Below, one piece after another: positions 45,687-49,916 of a stretch of DNA of 49,916 nt (positions within the stretch are counted from its first letter, which is position 1; every line of letters begins with the position of its first letter). The DNA is from a virus. Lineage: Duplodnaviria; Caudoviricetes. Location of the stretch: positions 1 to 49,916 of IMG/VR virus record IMGVR_UViG_3300017647_000296. One strand, 5' to 3'. The notes under the pieces are model-generated. The model saw only the letters and a list, made by a program, of their open reading frames with translations. It did no database searches and was not told where the DNA came from. Made by a program: the position numbers and the translations under genes.

Positions 45687-46501
45687 AGGCGGCGGTCTTT
45701 CTCAGCCGAACCGGCACCGGCGACGTCTCCAATCATGTCCGAGCAATGTGCGCCGGCCTGTCGCGGCATGGGGTGGCCGTTTCGCCATTCCATGAGCGGC
45801 CCGAGGTGACTGCGGACTTCGCGGTTTGCTGGGGCTGGAGAAAGGGATTGCGGATTCGATCATCCGGGTTCGCCAAGCCGATCCTCGTCATGGAGCGCGG
45901 TTATCTCGGCGACAGGATGAACGTCTGGACCTCGCTCGGCTGGGATGGCCTCAACGGCAGAGCGCGGTTTCCTAAGCCGCAGGACGGGGGCGAAAGGTTC
46001 TGGAGCAACCACGGTCATCTTGCGAAGGAATGGGAGCGGTTCGACGGCTACTGGCTGATCGCGGGGCAGGTGCTCGGCGACCAATCGCTTCTCAACGTGA
46101 ACTATCTCGAATGGTTGAAGGACACGATCGACGAACTGGATCGCATGGGCGTCGATGCCCGTTTCCGGCCCCATCCAGAGGCCGTGAGGCGCGGACAGGT
46201 GTTTCCGGTGCCGTCGTACATGGTTTCAACCGGAACGCTCGCTGACGACCTTGCTGGGGCGACCTGCGTCATCGCCTACAACTCGAACGCGACGGTGGAT
46301 GCGGTGCTGGCCGGTATCCCGGCCGTGACCTGCGACGAGGGCGCGATGGCTTTCAGCATAACGTCGCACCATGTCAGCCAGCCGCTCGTGACGCCGGATC
46401 GGAGCGAATGGTTCCGGCGCATGGCGTGGTGCCAGTGGACGATCGGAGAGATTCAGGACGGGTCGGCGTGGGAACTCGTCAGAACAGCGATGCAGCCATG
46501 A
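45683..46501 (+). CDS. KpsS/KpsC-like (capsule synthesis) GT-B transferase
   Basis: VMERGYL, GQV.GD.S, FRPHP, YNSNATVDAVLAGIP. Confidence 0.7.
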   Translation: MKAAVFLSRTGTGDVSNHVRAMCAGLSRHGVAVSPFHERPEVTADFAVCWGWRKGLRIRSSGFAKPILVMERGYLGDRMNVWTSLGWDGLNGRARFPKPQDGGERFWSNHGHLAKEWERFDGYWLIAGQVLGDQSLLNVNYLEWLKDTIDELDRMGVDARFRPHPEAVRRGQVFPVPSYMVSTGTLADDLAGATCVIAYNSNATVDAVLAGIPAVTCDEGAMAFSITSHHVSQPLVTPDRSEWFRRMAWCQWTIGEIQDGSAWELVRTAMQP

Positions 46502-46944
46502 GCAAGGTCACGGGCTATCGCCAGACAGCGCGCGCCATCCGCCGCGTTGCGCAGTTCCCGCGAGCTAAGGTCGGACAGGCATCCCGCAAGGCTCTGACTC
46601 CGATGCTGGCGAAGGCCAAGGCGAACCTGAAGGTCAACAAGTCCTACAAGCGCGGGGTGCTCTACCGCTCGATGCGCATCCGCGCGCTGAAGGCGACGAC
46701 CTCGATGTCGCAGTGGGTGATCGCAGCGACGGGCAGGGGCGTAGGGATCGCGCATCTTGTCGAGGCGGGCACTGCGCCGCACTGGCAGCCAAAGCGGGGC
46801 GTCATGCATCCCGGAGCCAAGGCGAGACCGTTCCTCGAGCCCGCGTTCTTCGCCCACGACGATCAGGCTGTGAAGATCATGACGCACGAACTCGGCACCA
46901 AGCTCATCAGCTACGCGAGTCAGGTCGCCTACAGGGGCAGGTAG
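46498..46944 (+). CDS. HK97 gp10-like tail completion protein
   Basis: G.L.RS, AHLVEAGT, ARPFLEPA. Confidence 0.85.
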   Translation: MSKVTGYRQTARAIRRVAQFPRAKVGQASRKALTPMLAKAKANLKVNKSYKRGVLYRSMRIRALKATTSMSQWVIAATGRGVGIAHLVEAGTAPHWQPKRGVMHPGAKARPFLEPAFFAHDDQAVKIMTHELGTKLISYASQVAYRGR

Positions 46945-47328
46945 ATGCAGATTTTGGCCTGCTACAAGGCGGCGCTTTCGTTGGCGCCAGCCATCTCGCC
47001 GCGCATCTTCGTGGCTCGCGTCGACCAGAACGCGCAGCGGCCGAACATCCTTCTGGAGTTGATCGAGCAGGGCGGCGACTACACTCATTCCGGGCCGGTC
47101 GGCCTGTTCGATGCTCATATCCGGGTGACGTGCCGCGCTGATGTCGACACGCAGGCTCTTGCACTTGGCGAGGCGACGATCCTTCGCCTTCAGGACTGGC
47201 GCGGAACGCTCGCCGGATGCCGCGTCCAGATGACCGAGCACTTTAACACCGCGGCGGACTTCGAAGCCGGGCCAAACGTGTTCCGCCATATCTCCGAGTA
47301 CACAGCTTTCTTCACGAGGACGACATGA
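46945..47328 (+). CDS. tail terminator (DUF3168-like)
   Basis: position, size, RIF..Q..P. Confidence 0.7.
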   Translation: MQILACYKAALSLAPAISPRIFVARVDQNAQRPNILLELIEQGGDYTHSGPVGLFDAHIRVTCRADVDTQALALGEATILRLQDWRGTLAGCRVQMTEHFNTAADFEAGPNVFRHISEYTAFFTRTT

Positions 47329-47645
47329 CCGAGGACGACAATCCCGTCTCCGCACACCCGGAGAAGTTCGAGGTGTTCGAGGAGAACATGCTGGCGGACG
47401 AGAAGCCCAAGCGCCGCCGCTCGACGCCGGCGGTGAAGCCGACGGACATGCCTGAGCCCGAGAAGAAGAAGCGCCTGACCGCGGCGGACGTGCCCGGCGT
47501 GGGCGGCATGGTCGAGAAGCGGTGGGCGGGCAAGCCGATGTGGGAATGTCCCAAGTGCCTCGGAACCACGTTCTCCCCGCAGGAAGCGAAAGTCCACGTC
47601 TGCAAGCGCATCAAGTATGCCGACGAGGAGGGGTTGGCCGACTGA
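47325..47645 (+). CDS. small protein with C-terminal zinc finger
   Basis: WECPKC..H.C; ATGA overlap. Confidence 0.55.
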   Translation: MTEDDNPVSAHPEKFEVFEENMLADEKPKRRRSTPAVKPTDMPEPEKKKRLTAADVPGVGGMVEKRWAGKPMWECPKCLGTTFSPQEAKVHVCKRIKYADEEGLAD

Positions 47646-47668
47646 GGCCGCCTTCACAACCAAAACCA

Positions 47669-47696
47669 GCCCGGCCATCGCGCCGGGTTTTTCTTT
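47669..47696 (+). terminator. terminator-like hairpin upstream of the tail tube RBS
   Basis: GCCCGGC-CATCGC-GCCGGGT then TTTTCTTT. Confidence 0.6.
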
Positions 47697-47713
47697 GAAG
47701 AAAGGAACTTCAG

Positions 47714-48154
47714 ATGGCCAATCCCAATTCGGAAGCCATGCTTGGCTACGGAACCAAGATTCGCGTAGGCGACGGCGGCAGCCCTCAGACATTCACCGAG
47801 ATCGGCGAGGTCGGCGATTTCGAGGACGGCGACAGCATCGAGCTTGTCGAAGTCACCAATCATCAGTCGCCCAACGGCCGGCGCGAGTACATCGCCGCGC
47901 TGAAGGATGGCGCCGAGATGACGTTGACCTGCAACTATCTCCCCGGCCATGCGACGCACAATCGCGCCACGGGCCTTCAGGGGAAGATCGGCGAGGTGCT
48001 GGATTTCCAGATTCTCGCGCCCGGCGAGACCGAGATCTACAACTTCTCGGCCCTCGTCATGGGGGTCACGAAGTCGTTCCCCGTCCAAGGGGTTCAGCAG
48101 ATCACGTTCACGCTGAAAAAGACGGGTATGGACTCCTATACCCAGGCTCCGTGA
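47714..48154 (+). CDS. major tail tube protein
   Basis: GYGT, F.EIGEV, EVT.H.SP..REYI..LKD.G. Confidence 0.9.
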   Translation: MANPNSEAMLGYGTKIRVGDGGSPQTFTEIGEVGDFEDGDSIELVEVTNHQSPNGRREYIAALKDGAEMTLTCNYLPGHATHNRATGLQGKIGEVLDFQILAPGETEIYNFSALVMGVTKSFPVQGVQQITFTLKKTGMDSYTQAP

Positions 48155-48162
48155 GGTGAACC

Positions 48163-48675
48163 GTGGCAGTCAATCCTTTGAAAGGCGAGGTAGCCATCCC
48201 TGAAATCGGGAAGGGCTACTTCGTCGCCTTCACCCTGGCCGATATTGCCGCTCTCGAAGCGGAGTATGGCCGGGACTACTTCAACGACATGGAACAGGCG
48301 TGCGTCGATCGCGCCTTCCCCGATCTCACCAAGATTCTCGCCATTGGCCTGCGCAAGCGGACCAGCAAGGGTGAGGTCGAGAAGGTCGGCGATGACGAGG
48401 AGTTCTTCCACGACCTGACTCAGCGCGAGGATTTCGACCTTGCCTGCGTCTGCCAGCCGATCATGGACGCCATCTCGAAATCGTGGCTCGGCAAGACGCA
48501 TGCCCAGCTCGTCGAGGAGGCAATCGAGGCCCGCAAGAAGCAGGATGCCGAGAACCTAAAGCGAGCCAAGGAGGCGGCGGAGGAGAACGGTATCCCTTTC
48601 GACGAAGCCTTGCAGAGCAATCTTTATCGGTTGCTGACGCATCTGGCATCGACCCAATCACCGTCTGGGAACTGA
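48163..48675 (+). CDS. tail assembly chaperone (G)
   Basis: NPLKGEV, IAALEAEYG; lies between the tube and tape measure genes. Confidence 0.85.
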   Translation: MAVNPLKGEVAIPEIGKGYFVAFTLADIAALEAEYGRDYFNDMEQACVDRAFPDLTKILAIGLRKRTSKGEVEKVGDDEEFFHDLTQREDFDLACVCQPIMDAISKSWLGKTHAQLVEEAIEARKKQDAENLKRAKEAAEENGIPFDEALQSNLYRLLTHLASTQSPSGN

Positions 48676-48887
48676 CGCCAAACGAGATATTCCGCATCGC
48701 GAAAGCGCGGTCGGAGAAAGAAGCACAGCAGTTCAAGCAGGCGATCACAGTCGCATGGCTGAACGCCAAGCTCCAGCGGGCGAAGACGATCCCCAAGCTC
48801 GAAAAGCTGACCCGCGAGAACAAGCCACCCTCGTTCCGAGAAGTCGTCGAGCGCATCCGGTCAAAGCCTACCTCCGAACAAGCCTAG
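48594..48887 (+). CDS. -1 frameshift extension (GT) of the tail chaperone
   Basis: slippery C CCT TTC at 48594-48600; -1 frame reads GIDP..WELTP.E..AWLNA. Confidence 0.8.
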   Translation, partial: PFRRSLAEQSLSVADASGIDPITVWELTPNEIFRIAKARSEKEAQQFKQAITVAWLNAKLQRAKTIPKLEKLTRENKPPSFREVVERIRSKPTSEQA

Positions 48888-48895
48888 CCCTGATG

Positions 48896-48924
48896 TTGGA
48901 AAGACAACGAAATTCGGGTATGTT
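48896..48924 (+). promoter_or_regulatory. internal sigma70-like promoter
   Basis: TTGGAA-N17-TATGTT. Confidence 0.45.
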
Positions 48925-49020
48925 GTTTTAGAAACCTGTTCGCTTGCGGACAGGGAGAGACAGGGATGGGCAAGTCGTTTCCCGGCAAGGCATTGCCCGG
49001 CACGGCCGGCACATAAAGAA

Positions 49021-49048
49021 AGGCTCGCTTCGGCGGGCCTTTTTCTTT
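49021..49048 (+). terminator. intrinsic terminator-like hairpin before the tape measure gene
   Basis: AGGCTCGC-TTCG-GCGGGCCT then TTTTCTTT. Confidence 0.7.
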
Positions 49049-49058
49049 GAGGTATCAG

Positions 49059-49916
49059 ATGGTTAGCACAGCGGCCCGCGTTGGCAGCATCAACATTTTG
49101 TTGCAAACGCAGCTCGGCCCCGGCATGGCTGGGTTGGCGGCGTTTGCCAATCAGGTCGATCGCACTGGCGCAGGCGTCTCGCGAAGCGTCGCGGGCATCG
49201 ACCGTTCCATCAGCGGGCTCAACCGTTCGATTGCGGGCATCCACACGCGCGGTATGACGAGCCTCGGTCTCGGTGCTCTACAGGCGAAAAGCTCGATCGA
49301 CGCGCTCCGTGGCGCGGCTCTTGCGGCTGGCGTGGCCGTGGGTGGGCTTCTGCCTGCGGCTCTCGCGGCAAATATGATCCGCGCGGTCGACGGCGCCCAC
49401 CGCCTCAGCAACCAGCTTCGTACCGTCACTACCGATGCGAACGATCTGAAGAACACGCAGAACGCGCTGTTCGAGGTGGCGCAACGGACGCGCTCTTCGT
49501 TTGAGGCGACGACGACGATCTACGCCCGCACGGCCCGAGCGACCGAGCACCTCGGGCTTTCTCAGCAGAAACTCCTGCGCATCACCGAGACGGTGCAGAA
49601 GGCTTTCGCGGTCGGCGGCGCTTCGACGGCAGAAGCGCAGGGCGCCGCGATCCAACTCTCTCAGGGTATCGCTTCGAACAGGTTCTCTGGCGAGGAGTTC
49701 AGGTCCGTCGCCGAGAACGCGCCTGTGCTCCTGCGCGGCATGGCTGAGAGCCTTGGCGTGAATATCGGCAAGCTCCGCGAGATGGCGCATGCCGGCGAGT
49801 TGACGGCCGATGTCGTCACGAAGGCCATTCTCGATGCTTCGAGGAAGATCGACGAGGATTTCGCCAAGACCACGTCGACGATCGAGCAGGCGTGGGTTCG
49901 CGTCGGCAACGCCGTC
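49059..49916 (+). CDS. tail tape measure protein (5' part, truncated by the window end)
   Basis: MVSTAARVGSI; TRSSF.AT..YAR, IQLSQG, GEEFRSVAENAP. Confidence 0.92.
   Translation, partial: MVSTAARVGSINILLQTQLGPGMAGLAAFANQVDRTGAGVSRSVAGIDRSISGLNRSIAGIHTRGMTSLGLGALQAKSSIDALRGAALAAGVAVGGLLPAALAANMIRAVDGAHRLSNQLRTVTTDANDLKNTQNALFEVAQRTRSSFEATTTIYARTARATEHLGLSQQKLLRITETVQKAFAVGGASTAEAQGAAIQLSQGIASNRFSGEEFRSVAENAPVLLRGMAESLGVNIGKLREMAHAGELTADVVTKAILDASRKIDEDFAKTTSTIEQAWVRVGNAV

Larger units (their letters stand above)
2241..49916. mobile_element. HK97-like temperate siphovirus prophage integrated at tRNA-Gly (right end outside the window)
   Basis: integrase next to the tRNA, cI/cro, recombination, DnaB, terminase, portal, protease, capsid, tail and tape-measure genes in lambdoid order. 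Confidence 0.95.

Overview
High-GC alphaproteobacterial (Rhizobiales-like) chromosome. Bases 1-2240 are host DNA: small membrane/HTH genes, an rlmB-type methyltransferase and the tRNA-Tyr/tRNA-Gly pair. From the 3' end of tRNA-Gly(TCC) to the window end lies an apparently intact HK97-like siphoviral prophage that continues beyond the window. It contains, in order: integrase/xis; a leftward RecT operon; a densely base-paired ~300-nt non-coding element; a toxin-antitoxin-like triplet; a cI/cro switch with TTGCC-N4-GGCAA operators; an early operon (MTase, RuvC, DnaB); a leftward cluster of ~18 tiny genes; a probable displaced cos site; and head and tail genes with a -1 frameshift and a partial tape measure gene. 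The most striking system is a phage-encoded Kdo (ulosonic acid) pathway. kdsB-cupin-kdsA heads the packaging operon, and four translationally coupled glyco-modification genes (Maf/sialyltransferase-like, GT-A, SAM methyltransferase, KpsS/KpsC-like transferase) are wedged between the head-closure and tail-completion genes. This suggests virion (or host-surface) decoration with a Kdo-containing glycan. Family assignments come from motif recognition by eye, not database searches.
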